Origin: an uncultured Candidatus Saccharibacteria bacterium | GTDB taxonomy: Bacteria > Patescibacteriota > Saccharimonadia > Saccharimonadales > Saccharimonadaceae | Length of the DNA: 64,000 bases | Assembly (NCBI GenBank): GCA_964388795.1 | Contig: CAYMBV010000001.1 | Coordinates: 238,701 to 302,700, forward strand | Direction of reading: 5' to 3' | In this document: piece after piece, positions 8,076 to 17,711 of the stretch | Position numbering within the stretch: the first letter of the stretch is position 1 | How the letters are laid out: every line of letters starts with the position of its first letter | Notes under the pieces: generated by a model | Databases searched by the model: none | What the model was told of the DNA's origin: nothing | What the model saw: the letters and a program-made list of their open reading frames with translations, nothing else | Position numbers and translations under genes: made by a program

Positions 8076-9212
8076 ATGCCTCGCGCGCCTAAAATCGCCA
8101 TCATCCACGACTGGCTCACTACCATGGGTGGCGCCGAGCCATTGGTGCTAGAAATTCACAAGCTTTTCCCTACCGCCCCTATTTACACTTCCGTCTACGA
8201 CGCTGAAAAAATGCCCGCATTCCACGGCATTGATGTTCGCACCACTCACCTACAAACGAAGTTGCCAAAAAAGCTTCGCTTCAAACACGTCCTTTGGCCA
8301 ACCTTCCGTGCTCAGGCGTTCCGCCAGCTCGACCTATCCGAGTTCGATATTATTATCAGTAGCTCAAGCGCCGAAGCAAAAGCCGTCCGCAAAACTCGTA
8401 AAGGTCAGGTGCATATTGCCTATATCCACACCCCTATTCGCTATTACTGGAGCCATTACGAGGAATTTAGGAAAGAGTTTAGCTTTGGGGCGCTCACGCC
8501 GTTGATTCGCCCGTTTATTCCCTACTTTGTAAAGAAGATGCGCAAACTAGATCTAGAGTCGGTGAAAGATATCGACATCTTTATCGCCAACTCGACCATT
8601 ACCCAAGAACGCATTAAACGGTACTATAACAAGCCAAGTACCATCGTGTATCCGCCAGTCGATGTTGCCCGGTTTACACCGCCGCCAAAAGGGGAGCGGA
8701 GTGGTTATATTATTTGGGGTCGTCATGTCCCCTACAAACGGTTCGACCTTGCCATTAAGGCAGCGAACCAACTCGGCGTCCCGCTGACCATCACCGGGAC
8801 CGGCTCTGATACCGAACGACTCAAGGGGCTCGCTGGGCCAACCGTGCAGTTTGTCGGCCGTGTTAGTGACGAAGAGCTCGTGCGTCTTGCCCAAACCTCA
8901 AAGGCTTTCCTCTTCCCTAACGAAGAAGATTTTGGCATCGCCGCTGCCGAAGCACTTGCTGCCGGCACACCCGTCATTGCCTACAAAAAAGGCGGGGCAC
9001 TAGATATTGTCCAAGAGGGCGAAACCGGGTTGTTTTTTGAAGAACAAACCGTTGATAGTCTTGTCGATGCTATACAGCGATTCGAAGCACTGGTGGCCAA
9101 AAACCCCACTGCTTTTCTGCCTGCGACGTTGCACCGAAAAGCCAAACGGTTCGACAAAGGTCTTTTTGCCACCAAAATACGTAAAATTGTTGGCGACGCA
9201 ATGATACAATAA
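8076..9212 (+). CDS. GT4 glycosyltransferase
   Basis: HDWLTTMGGAE, YIHTPIRYYW, EDFGIAAAEALAAGTPVIAY. Confidence 0.93.
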   Translation: MPRAPKIAIIHDWLTTMGGAEPLVLEIHKLFPTAPIYTSVYDAEKMPAFHGIDVRTTHLQTKLPKKLRFKHVLWPTFRAQAFRQLDLSEFDIIISSSSAEAKAVRKTRKGQVHIAYIHTPIRYYWSHYEEFRKEFSFGALTPLIRPFIPYFVKKMRKLDLESVKDIDIFIANSTITQERIKRYYNKPSTIVYPPVDVARFTPPPKGERSGYIIWGRHVPYKRFDLAIKAANQLGVPLTITGTGSDTERLKGLAGPTVQFVGRVSDEELVRLAQTSKAFLFPNEEDFGIAAAEALAAGTPVIAYKKGGALDIVQEGETGLFFEEQTVDSLVDAIQRFEALVAKNPTAFLPATLHRKAKRFDKGLFATKIRKIVGDAMIQ

Positions 9213-9242
9213 GCGTAAACAGGTTCATAAGGGAGCTACATC

Positions 9243-10406
9243 ATGAACGAGGATATTCATCCTGAAAATCAAACACCACCCACCCCGCCAGAAATGCCGG
9301 CTTTTCCGCAGGAAACCGCAACACCAGACACGAGCGCGCCGACACTGGGCGCAACCCCTAGCGTACCGTCATCTCCAAATCTATCATCTGAATTATCTGA
9401 GCTACTAGAGTCAACCGACACGCCACCAACTACCGATAACCCAATTGCCTCAACTGACACCATAGAGCCAACCGAGTCAAACCTCACCAACGAGGAGGCG
9501 CTTGTGTCTGTCACACCACCGCCACGAAAAAACCGTAAAAAGGTTATTATTTTAGCCTCAGTCCTTGGTATTTTACTGGCTGCCGCGGGTGTCATTACCT
9601 ATTTACTGTTCTTCCAGCCAAAAACTGTCACACCACCACCAACCGACACCAATGCAAACGTTACCACCGACACCCCTGATGTTACCGACCCAGTCGTGAC
9701 GGCACAGTCACTGATCGATAAGGTAAAAGCGTCACTGGGCGGTGAACTGGCCACGACCTACCCCTCGATGAAAATCGACACAGCAACCGAGGCGCCAGCC
9801 TACAAAGCCCCCGGTGCAAACTATTTTGTGCGTAGTAGCGAAATTGGGACGAGCTTATCGGTGGCGCCAACCGGTAGTGGCGCACCTGACACTAACGCCG
9901 TGACTGCCGTACAAACAACCGTCAATACTATCATTGGATCAGAATCAAGCCTCACCAAAGACGCCAAGACAACCTACACAGCCTACACCAGCGAAAGTAT
10001 CGTCTGTACTGTATCGGTTGATACCGACCCTGTGTCAGTTTCCTGTGCCGACACCGCTGACTACGCCACATTAGTCAGCGATTTGGCACCATTTGCGAAA
10101 GCTTACCTCGCCTCTGAAGACGGCAAGCAATACGGCCAAAATATTGTTATGGGAACGCCAAAAATTACCGAAAAGACTGACGGCTACAAGAACGCCACCA
10201 TTGGCATGGGTAGTAACGACACCGCTGTTGGTGGGTACGCCGGCCTCTTCTACGCCAAAGATAACGTCTGGACATACTGGACGGGGACACAAAGCGAACT
10301 CATGTGCTCGGAATTTAATACTCAGGCACTGCAAAAATCATTCGAAGGTGATACTTGCTACGACGAAACGACCCAGCTCGATAGCAAGGTCGTCGTCACG
10401 CTATAA
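9243..10406 (+). CDS. Bitopic membrane protein with Pro/Thr-rich N-terminus and extracellular domain, unknown function
   Basis: ~95-aa acidic low-complexity N-terminus, RKNRKK + TM helix, PT-rich linker, globular domain with 4 Cys. Confidence 0.75.
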   Translation: MNEDIHPENQTPPTPPEMPAFPQETATPDTSAPTLGATPSVPSSPNLSSELSELLESTDTPPTTDNPIASTDTIEPTESNLTNEEALVSVTPPPRKNRKKVIILASVLGILLAAAGVITYLLFFQPKTVTPPPTDTNANVTTDTPDVTDPVVTAQSLIDKVKASLGGELATTYPSMKIDTATEAPAYKAPGANYFVRSSEIGTSLSVAPTGSGAPDTNAVTAVQTTVNTIIGSESSLTKDAKTTYTAYTSESIVCTVSVDTDPVSVSCADTADYATLVSDLAPFAKAYLASEDGKQYGQNIVMGTPKITEKTDGYKNATIGMGSNDTAVGGYAGLFYAKDNVWTYWTGTQSELMCSEFNTQALQKSFEGDTCYDETTQLDSKVVVTL

Positions 10407-10423
10407 AAAGAGTGCGCTCGAGG

Positions 10424-11176
10424 TTAGATAACCGCTAGTACTGTTTCAAGACGGTTAACTGTATCTTCCCACTTCGAAACATCAAGGCAGGTAATACCAA
10501 ATGCCTTCACTGGGTAGTCGTTTCCGCCCTCTTCAAGCTTGTCGCCAAAGAATAAGATGTCATCTTTCGCGATATCGAGTTCTTCAATCAGCTTCTGCAT
10601 ACCATAAGCCTTGTCGATGCCCACACGGGTCACGTCAATCGAAGTCGTGCCACCAGCCCGTAACTCAAGTTCTGGCAAAGATTCGGCCGCAAGGTCACGA
10701 AGGGCAAGCTTCTTAGAACCGTCTGGATCCCAAGCGTATTTATCCTCTGGTGTCGCTTGCTGTCCTAATGCCGAGAAGGTAATTTGCGTGCCACGGTCTT
10801 CAATAACCTCACCTGCTGGGTTCTCAGGCCAAAGGCCAAGCTCGCGCGCCGAAGCCTCAAGAACTTCATAGACCTTCTTTTTCTGTTCTTCTGGCAACTC
10901 CTCGGCGTAGCGCTGCACCCACTCTTTAGTGACTTCGTCGTAGCGGTAATACTGCGTGCCACAAGTAGGCATGAGGTGCAAACGGCCTAACTTGTACGGT
11001 TCAATGTGGAGACGGTCGATAATTTGAAGACGGAACTGCTCGAAGCGTCCGCCGGAAATGACACATACCTCAAAATGCTCGAGCACGTTCGCGAGCGTCT
11101 CGGCCATCTGGTCACTAATAGGTGACTTAGTAATTGAAAGGGTGTCGTCGAGGTCGAAGGCTAGTAGTTTTTTCAC
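10424..11176 (-). CDS. HAD-IIB sugar phosphomutase, eukaryotic PMM (Sec53/PMM2)-like
   Basis: LAFDLDDTL (DxD), VISGG, IEDRGTQITFS, GGTTSIDV…GIDK, FFGDKLEEGGNDYP; GTG start overlaps the upstream TGA. Confidence 0.88.
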   Translation of the reverse strand: MKKLLAFDLDDTLSITKSPISDQMAETLANVLEHFEVCVISGGRFEQFRLQIIDRLHIEPYKLGRLHLMPTCGTQYYRYDEVTKEWVQRYAEELPEEQKKKVYEVLEASARELGLWPENPAGEVIEDRGTQITFSALGQQATPEDKYAWDPDGSKKLALRDLAAESLPELELRAGGTTSIDVTRVGIDKAYGMQKLIEELDIAKDDILFFGDKLEEGGNDYPVKAFGITCLDVSKWEDTVNRLETVLAVI

Positions 11177-11613
11177 GCTTGCTCATTTCCTGTTGCTTGG
11201 TTAATACGGGTTGACGAGTCGGCCTTTTCGGTGCCGCCAACGCCAAACTTCATTTCAATATTATAGTGGCGACAGACGTCACCTTCTGGAATTGCCTTCT
11301 CGGAGTCACGGTCGCCACCATTAGCGAAAACAAGCTCGTCGTCAGGATACTTCAAGGCAATCGCTTCGAGTGATTTAATCACCGACGGGTCTTCGTCGAT
11401 GGCAATCATCACCTCATCGACATCGCGTAGCGCACCAATCAGGCGTGCTCGGTTTTCAGCGGTAAGAATCACTTTACCCTTCTTCATGACTTGCTGATCA
11501 TCGTTATTGACGATAACAATTAATTTATCGCCAAGCTGTGCGCCGGCTTCAATCATATCCAGGTGTCCACCATGGAGGGGGTTAAAAAAACCACTTTCGA
11601 TGATAATTTTCAT
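11173..11613 (-). CDS. HxGH-type cytidylyltransferase (TagD/RfaE-II-like)
   Basis: SGFFNPLHGGH, VIVNND, VDEV, FANGGDR, C-terminal DSST. Confidence 0.85.
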   Translation of the reverse strand: MKIIIESGFFNPLHGGHLDMIEAGAQLGDKLIVIVNNDDQQVMKKGKVILTAENRARLIGALRDVDEVMIAIDEDPSVIKSLEAIALKYPDDELVFANGGDRDSEKAIPEGDVCRHYNIEMKFGVGGTEKADSSTRINQATGNEQA

Positions 11614-11620
11614 TTCTCTC

Positions 11621-13447
11621 CTATTCTACTGTTACACTTTTTGCTAAGTTACGCGGCTGATCGACATCATTACCCTTTTCGACAGCGACATAATAAGCAA
11701 ACAATTGACTAACAACATTAAACACTAGTGGTGTCAGCAGCTCGAGTTTCGTCTTAACCCTTATGACTGTCTCAGCTGGCACACGCTTATCAGTGTTAGT
11801 TATCACTATAGCATGAGCGCCACGTGCATTCATCTCAACAAGGTTACTAAATGATTTCTCATATAGCCAGTTGTCTTGCAGGTAGCAGACTTCAAAGAAC
11901 CGGTCATCAATGAGAGCAATCGGACCGTGCTTGAGTTCTCCCGCTGCATGCCCTTCAGCTTGTATATAGCTCACTTCTTTGAGCTTCAGCGCACCCTCAA
12001 GCGCCAACGGATACAGCGTGTCACGGCCAACGAATAGCGCATGCTCATAGTGTGCGTATTTTTTTGCAGCCTGCATAACATCTGCTGAAGATTTTTCTAA
12101 TACGGCTTCTATTTCACCCGGAAGCATGTCGAGCTCACGCGCGTAGCTTGTCAGCTCTTTTGGACTCGCGCCTTTTGCCTGCGCCAACATAAGCCCAAAC
12201 ATGGTAATGGTAGCGACTTGCGAGGTAAAGGCTTTGGTACTAGCAACACTTATCTCGGCACCGACATGCACATACACACCACCGTCTACCTCGCGGGCAA
12301 TTGTACTCCCTACGGCATTGATGATACCGAGACACCTGACGCCTCGACGCTTTAACTCCTGAAGGCAGGCGAGTGTGTCAGCTGTCTCACCTGACTGGGA
12401 AACGATCAGTGCGACCGTATTTTCCGGAGTATGGAACGACCGGTACCGTAATTCGCTGGCTATCTCTGAACGAACCACGACATCGTCGGTGAATTGTTCA
12501 ATGAAATACCCCGCCAGCACGCCCGCATAGTAGGCGGTTCCACAGCCAACAATAATGACATTCTTCACAGCACGTAACTCATCGTCGGTCATATTCAGGC
12601 CACCAAGTTTCACGGTGCCACTCTCTGCATTCACGCGACCACTCAGTGTCGCTCGTAGACTATTTGGCTGGTCGTGAATCTCTTTTAAAAGAAAGTGGTC
12701 AAAGCCTTTTTTCTGAATCGCCTCTAAGTCAAGCTCAAGCTTCTCTATTTTTGCTTCCACACTACGAGCGTCGATATCGTAGAGCTGTACGCCCTCTTTT
12801 GTACATAGTCCAATTTCACCATCGTGTAAATAAATGACCTGATCCGTGTATCCCACCAACGCAGAGGCATCGCTCGCAATAAACACCTCGTCTTCACCCA
12901 CACCAACAATCAGGGGGCTGCCCTTGCGCGCAATAACAATTTCGTGAGGGTTATTCTCCGAGAAGAGCGCAATTCCATACGCCCCAACGACGATTTTCAA
13001 GGCACTGGCTACAGCTTCCAACAAGTTCGCAGAACCCCTCAGAAGATAATCGATAAGTGCGGTCAGTACTTCTGTGTCGGTCTCGCTTTTAAAGTCGTAA
13101 TCCTGTGCAGTCAGCATTTCTTTCAGCTCTTGGTAATTTTCAATAATGCCATTGTGTACCAGATATACGGACCCAACATGGTGCGGATGCGCATTGCGCT
13201 TACTTGGCTCGCCATGTGTCGCCCAGCGGGTATGGCCAATACCTACTAGGTCATTCTTTTTATGGGTTGCTACCTTACTATCAAGCTCAGACACCTTACC
13301 TTTTGCTCGCAAAAGTGTTACTTTTGAGTTTTCATTAATGGTTGCAATACCGGCGCTATCGTACCCCCGATACTCAAGCCTTTTCAGCCCGCTCATAAGA
13401 ATTGATTGCGCTTCTTTACTACCTATATAGCCGACTATTCCGCACAT
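11621..13447 (-). CDS. glmS: Glutamine--fructose-6-phosphate aminotransferase
   Basis: MCGIVGY N-terminal Cys, LEYRGYDSAG, GHTRWATHG, HNGIIENY, SQSGETADTL, ASTKAFTSQ, DQPRNLAKSVTVE. Confidence 0.99.
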   Translation of the reverse strand: MCGIVGYIGSKEAQSILMSGLKRLEYRGYDSAGIATINENSKVTLLRAKGKVSELDSKVATHKKNDLVGIGHTRWATHGEPSKRNAHPHHVGSVYLVHNGIIENYQELKEMLTAQDYDFKSETDTEVLTALIDYLLRGSANLLEAVASALKIVVGAYGIALFSENNPHEIVIARKGSPLIVGVGEDEVFIASDASALVGYTDQVIYLHDGEIGLCTKEGVQLYDIDARSVEAKIEKLELDLEAIQKKGFDHFLLKEIHDQPNSLRATLSGRVNAESGTVKLGGLNMTDDELRAVKNVIIVGCGTAYYAGVLAGYFIEQFTDDVVVRSEIASELRYRSFHTPENTVALIVSQSGETADTLACLQELKRRGVRCLGIINAVGSTIAREVDGGVYVHVGAEISVASTKAFTSQVATITMFGLMLAQAKGASPKELTSYARELDMLPGEIEAVLEKSSADVMQAAKKYAHYEHALFVGRDTLYPLALEGALKLKEVSYIQAEGHAAGELKHGPIALIDDRFFEVCYLQDNWLYEKSFSNLVEMNARGAHAIVITNTDKRVPAETVIRVKTKLELLTPLVFNVVSQLFAYYVAVEKGNDVDQPRNLAKSVTVE

Positions 13448-13599
13448 TGTTGAATCCTTTCGGTTTTTTGTAGGTCTTTCTTTACTATACGCCGAATTGA
13501 AATTATTTTACATTTTTTGATAAATGTAAATATTACAACTATTACCGTAGTGTCGCATTGCGCTTATGCCGATTTTTGAGTAAAATATGAAGAGTATTT

Positions 13600-14154
13600 A
13601 TGAAGATACACCAAAAGACAAAAAGAATACTTATTCCAGTTATCATCTCCCTCATTGTCATAGTATTGATAGCCGGTGGTGTTAGCGCATACTTCCTTGT
13701 CCTGAAGAACAACCAAGAGTCTGCTGATAAGGCCGACGACTCTTCTATTAACTACAGCCCCCCGACAGACCAAGAGGTTGATGCGAGCCAAGACGGCAAG
13801 AAAAATAATGATAATAGCTCGACAGACCCACAGTCAGAAGCCAATAAGCGAAAAGTATCCGTTGGTATTGCATTCGCAAATTACGACCCGGACGAGAAAG
13901 CAGTCGACATTCGCGCTTTCACGCCAGACGCCATAGAGGGCGACGGCCAATGCACTGCAACACTCACAAAAGGCGCCCAAACCGTCACTCAATCCTCTAG
14001 AGCCTTTATCGACTTCACCTCGTCGCAGTGTGAGCCAATCCTGATTGCTACAAGTAAATTTAGCTCTGGTGGCACCTGGAAGTTAACCGTTTCATATAGC
14101 TCCAGTAAGAGCACTGGTATCTCGCCAGTTATGGAAGTGAGCCTGAATATATGA
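13600..14154 (+). CDS. Membrane-anchored protein with small Ig-like/beta-sandwich domain
   Basis: N-terminal TM, Ser/Asp linker, C-terminal GQCTATLTKG…SSQC…GTWKLTVSYSS; stop overlaps the next ATG. Confidence 0.75.
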   Translation: MKIHQKTKRILIPVIISLIVIVLIAGGVSAYFLVLKNNQESADKADDSSINYSPPTDQEVDASQDGKKNNDNSSTDPQSEANKRKVSVGIAFANYDPDEKAVDIRAFTPDAIEGDGQCTATLTKGAQTVTQSSRAFIDFTSSQCEPILIATSKFSSGGTWKLTVSYSSSKSTGISPVMEVSLNI

Positions 14155-16172
14155 AATGCCTAATCAGTACACTACTAGTCCTAGCCTTCGCTGTACTCGG
14201 CATATTCTTATTGCCCCAAGCAAGTCACGCAGCCAACAAAAACGATTTTGACCCCGGATACATCGTTGACGATGCCGTCTTCTACAACTCCGGAGCAATG
14301 ACAACGGCACAGGTACAACGATTCCTTGAGTCGAAAAATCCAAACTGTGACTACAACGGCACTCAATCGGCAGCCGACTGGGGCTACCCAGGCCTTACCC
14401 ATGCACAGCTGGCTGAAAAGCTCCGCAAAGGCCAAATTACTATCTCTGGTGTTAATGGGTCAAAATTCCATGCACCTCCGTACAAATGTCTCACTATGTA
14501 CACACAAACAACCCCTCAGATGGAGGCAGCGAGTGAATACTGTAATGCAATAAATGCCGGTACTCGCACGGCCGCACAAATCATCAAAGATGTTGCCGAT
14601 GCCTGCGGTATTAACCCTCAGGTGCTTATTATTCTGCTGGAAAAAGAGCAAAGCCTTGTTACTGATAAGTGGCCATTAAACCGTCAGCTGCAAAATGCAA
14701 CCGGTTTTGCCTGTCCGGATACCGCCCCGTGTAACCCAGCTTATGGTGGCTTTTTTTATCAGGTGTACTACGCAGCGCGGCAATTCCAGGTCTATAAAGC
14801 CAACCCTAATGGTTACAACTACCGCGCAGGTCGAAATAATAACATCTACTGGCACCCCGACTTAACCCGTTGTGGGTCTTCTACTGTGTATATTCAAAAC
14901 CAAGCTACAGCAGCTCTCTATATTTACACTCCTTACCGACCCAATACAGCAGCCTTAAATAACCTTTACGGAACAGGTGATAGTTGTAGCTCTTACGGAA
15001 ATCGAAACTTCTGGCGAATATTTACCGATTGGTTTGGGTCGACGCGTGTCATGTTTGGTGACCTTCAAGCCCCAAGATGGATGCAACTGAAGACAGACAC
15101 CTACAAAAAGAACCCTATCACAGGTAGTGACGTTGACGGAGTACTCCCAGCGAAGACTCATATATTCTTCACCTCTAAGGTCGAGGTAGACGGGAAGTGG
15201 TATCTACGAACCGCACACGATACAGGACAAGGTGTCTGGAAGGGTATCCTCCTAGACAGCCTAGAAGAGGTGCCTCTTGTTTCTACGTCACTCCTTAAGC
15301 CACGATGGATGGAAACAAATGTTACAACTCAAAAAAGTGACCCCGCTACCGGATCTCCAAACGGCACGCAGCTCTCGGCGGGAGTGAAAGTATATTTTGT
15401 ATCAAAAATTAACATAGGCAACACTTCTTACCTGCAGACAAGTCGAGACGTAGAAGGTGGAGCTCTCACGGGCGTTCCTATTGGAGACCTTGCCGAGACT
15501 TCTGTTGAATATGTTGATCTTTTACAGCCACGATGGATGGAAGCAGCGAAAGCCACCTCCAGTCTTGACCTGCGGTCATACTCAAATACCGGCACTGCCA
15601 TCCAACCAGGCCAGCACCTATTTTATGATAAAAAGGTAACTATTAATGACACTACTTTCCTCACTAGTGGTGAGCCGGCATCCGGCACCTACACAGGCGT
15701 CCCGCTTGACGACTTAAAGGAAATTAATGCCGTCTATAGTACTCTAAAAATTCCTCGATGGATGATAATAAACACCGCAGCTTACAAAAGAAACCCTGTC
15801 ACTAATGCAACTATTGGCGATGAGCTACCTATTGGGACGAGAATTTATTTCCCTACGAAAATTACTATTGGTGATCAGGTCTACTTGCGTACCCAGTACG
15901 GCACCAACCATGAACTCAACGAGGCTATCCCACTGTCAGCTCTCAGCGAAGATTACGTCACCCTTCTTCAACCTCGCTCAATGCGCTTAACAGTAGACAC
16001 ATATAAACTGAATCCAACCACAGGAGCAACTTCAGGAGCATTACTACCAGCTGGTATGACATTCTTTTTCTCAACCAAAGTAGATATTTACGGTAAAACA
16101 TACCTACGCACACTTGACGACACGAACTCTCGGATAAATCTTGTTATTCCCCTCAATGTACTCACCAACTAA
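14151..16172 (+). CDS. Secreted lysozyme-like ('hemagglutinin-related') protein with five ~72-aa C-terminal repeats
   Basis: Signal peptide; FDPGYIVDD…INPQVLIILLEKEQSL…TGFACPDTAPC…ATAALYIYTPY…YGNRNFW…WFG domain; five L-x-x-PRWM repeats. Confidence 0.8.
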   Translation: MKCLISTLLVLAFAVLGIFLLPQASHAANKNDFDPGYIVDDAVFYNSGAMTTAQVQRFLESKNPNCDYNGTQSAADWGYPGLTHAQLAEKLRKGQITISGVNGSKFHAPPYKCLTMYTQTTPQMEAASEYCNAINAGTRTAAQIIKDVADACGINPQVLIILLEKEQSLVTDKWPLNRQLQNATGFACPDTAPCNPAYGGFFYQVYYAARQFQVYKANPNGYNYRAGRNNNIYWHPDLTRCGSSTVYIQNQATAALYIYTPYRPNTAALNNLYGTGDSCSSYGNRNFWRIFTDWFGSTRVMFGDLQAPRWMQLKTDTYKKNPITGSDVDGVLPAKTHIFFTSKVEVDGKWYLRTAHDTGQGVWKGILLDSLEEVPLVSTSLLKPRWMETNVTTQKSDPATGSPNGTQLSAGVKVYFVSKINIGNTSYLQTSRDVEGGALTGVPIGDLAETSVEYVDLLQPRWMEAAKATSSLDLRSYSNTGTAIQPGQHLFYDKKVTINDTTFLTSGEPASGTYTGVPLDDLKEINAVYSTLKIPRWMIINTAAYKRNPVTNATIGDELPIGTRIYFPTKITIGDQVYLRTQYGTNHELNEAIPLSALSEDYVTLLQPRSMRLTVDTYKLNPTTGATSGALLPAGMTFFFSTKVDIYGKTYLRTLDDTNSRINLVIPLNVLTN

Positions 16173-16229
16173 CTCCCCTGGAGCCACCCTAGTACTACTT
16201 TATCTTGACTTTTGCTATAATGAACAGCG

Positions 16230-16943
16230 ATGACCAACTCGCCCATAAAAGTCGCTCTTGTTATTCCCGCCTATAATGAAGGGAAAGTAATTGCAGATGT
16301 TATCCGCTCAATAAAAAAAGAGTTTAAAAAAACAAATTATATTTTTTCTGTCGTAGTTGTTGACGATGGCTCGAAGGACGACACCTCGTTACAGGCAGGC
16401 CGAGCGGGCGCCCATGTCATTCGACACATTCTTAATACCGGCAGTGGTGGCGCGACCGCCACAGGGTTGAGCTACGCGCACCAAAATGGTTTTGATATCG
16501 CCGCAACCCTAGACGGAGACGGTCAACACGATGCAGGCGACGTCCGCACTGGTATTGAACTTATGGCAAGTAGCGATCACGACCTACTCATAGGTAGCCG
16601 ACTGATCGATAGCACGGGGATGTCTAAAATTAAAGTACTTGGCAATAAAGGTCTCAGTTATATTACCTATGTGCTTTTTGGTATCAATGTCACCGACTCA
16701 CAGTCGGGCATGCGTGTCTTTTCCAAGCGCGCCCTTAGCGAACTGAAGTGGAAAACCAGCGGCTATGAGTTTTGTTCAGAAATGTTATGGCGAGCGCGTC
16801 AGGCTAATCTAAATATTGGAGAATTTCCTATTAAAGCTATCTATACCGACTATTCGAGTGCAAAGGGGCAGAGCAACTGGAATGCATTGAATATTGTAAA
16901 AACGCTTTTAATGAGGCGTATCGTGGAGCTTCTCAGTGAGTAG
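16230..16943 (+). CDS. GT2 polyprenol-phosphate glycosyltransferase (DPM1-like)
   Basis: VIPAYNEG, VVVDDGSKD, LDGDGQHD, IGSR, TDSQSGMR; TGcTATAAT 8 nt upstream. Confidence 0.92.
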   Translation: MTNSPIKVALVIPAYNEGKVIADVIRSIKKEFKKTNYIFSVVVVDDGSKDDTSLQAGRAGAHVIRHILNTGSGGATATGLSYAHQNGFDIAATLDGDGQHDAGDVRTGIELMASSDHDLLIGSRLIDSTGMSKIKVLGNKGLSYITYVLFGINVTDSQSGMRVFSKRALSELKWKTSGYEFCSEMLWRARQANLNIGEFPIKAIYTDYSSAKGQSNWNALNIVKTLLMRRIVELLSE

Positions 16944-17298
16944 ATATCTTATACTAGTGTTACTTAACTTGCCTCTGATTATCTTTGCGGTCAGTAGCAG
17001 CCTTGTTGAATACAAGATGAAACGGCGCTCATTAAAGAAATTTATTTATAGTGTTGTTTTCTGGGCACTCATCTTACTGGCACTTATTTCGGTCGCTCCT
17101 ATTTATAATTTCTTATTCTCAAACAGCCTCACTAACACCGAACCTCTCAGTCTTTTCGATGTCGTACAAATCACCGCTATCATCTTCGTGTTTTTCCTTG
17201 CCAACAGAGCACGTATTAAGAACGAAGCTCTTGAAAAGCGCGTCAGAGACCTCCACCAAGAGCTTTCTATTCAAAATTCTCAAAAAGATAACAAGTAA
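16936..17298 (+). CDS. Small 2-TM protein with coiled tail (DUF2304-like)
   Basis: Two TM pairs, then …LEKRVRDLHQELSI; this architecture commonly follows DPM-like GT2 genes. Confidence 0.7.
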   Translation: MSRYLILVLLNLPLIIFAVSSSLVEYKMKRRSLKKFIYSVVFWALILLALISVAPIYNFLFSNSLTNTEPLSLFDVVQITAIIFVFFLANRARIKNEALEKRVRDLHQELSIQNSQKDNK

Positions 17299-17303
17299 GT
17301 CAC

Positions 17304-17711
17304 ATGTCAAAGACTCGTCAAGACAGCATAAAAAAAGAGGCCATCACCTTCACTCGACATATTATTGGTCAGCAACCCTCAGAAGCGGCCGTTCAACTTT
17401 ATGTACGGGCAATTGAACAACAAAAAAATGCGCTCAATAAAAACGATCAGCGACTACTCGCTATCATAACAAAGAAGCCGGGGACGACATCTTATATAGA
17501 TGCAGGCTTGGCGTTTCTCTATCCCCATTCAGAAGTCAGGCATCGACTGTACCTTATGTTTGCAATTTTAGAGTCGCTCCCTGAATACACAGAGTACTTC
17601 CTGCCAGTCAACCGCAGCCCTTGGTATATCTTTGTCGTGATTGGCGCAGGTCTACAATCAATCTTCAAGGCTATTGTCGGAATTATGATAGTAAAGGTCG
17701 TCACGAAATGA
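17304..17711 (+). CDS. Hypothetical protein with C-terminal hydrophobic segment
   Basis: 135-aa ORF tightly packed in the operon; ATGA overlap with the next gene. Confidence 0.75.
   Translation: MSKTRQDSIKKEAITFTRHIIGQQPSEAAVQLYVRAIEQQKNALNKNDQRLLAIITKKPGTTSYIDAGLAFLYPHSEVRHRLYLMFAILESLPEYTEYFLPVNRSPWYIFVVIGAGLQSIFKAIVGIMIVKVVTK

Noticed and set aside
13448-13490. glmS ribozyme
   Set aside because: The predicted leader is only ~35 nt (TATAGT at 13484-13489), too short and lacking the ribozyme core.
17621-17707. Upstream starts in the ORF track for the GMC gene (also 32991, 36412, 52868, 55730, 57314, 62377)
   Set aside because: They overlap neighbouring genes, lie upstream of or within predicted promoters, or lack an RBS; downstream starts fit domain boundaries and -10/RBS context better.
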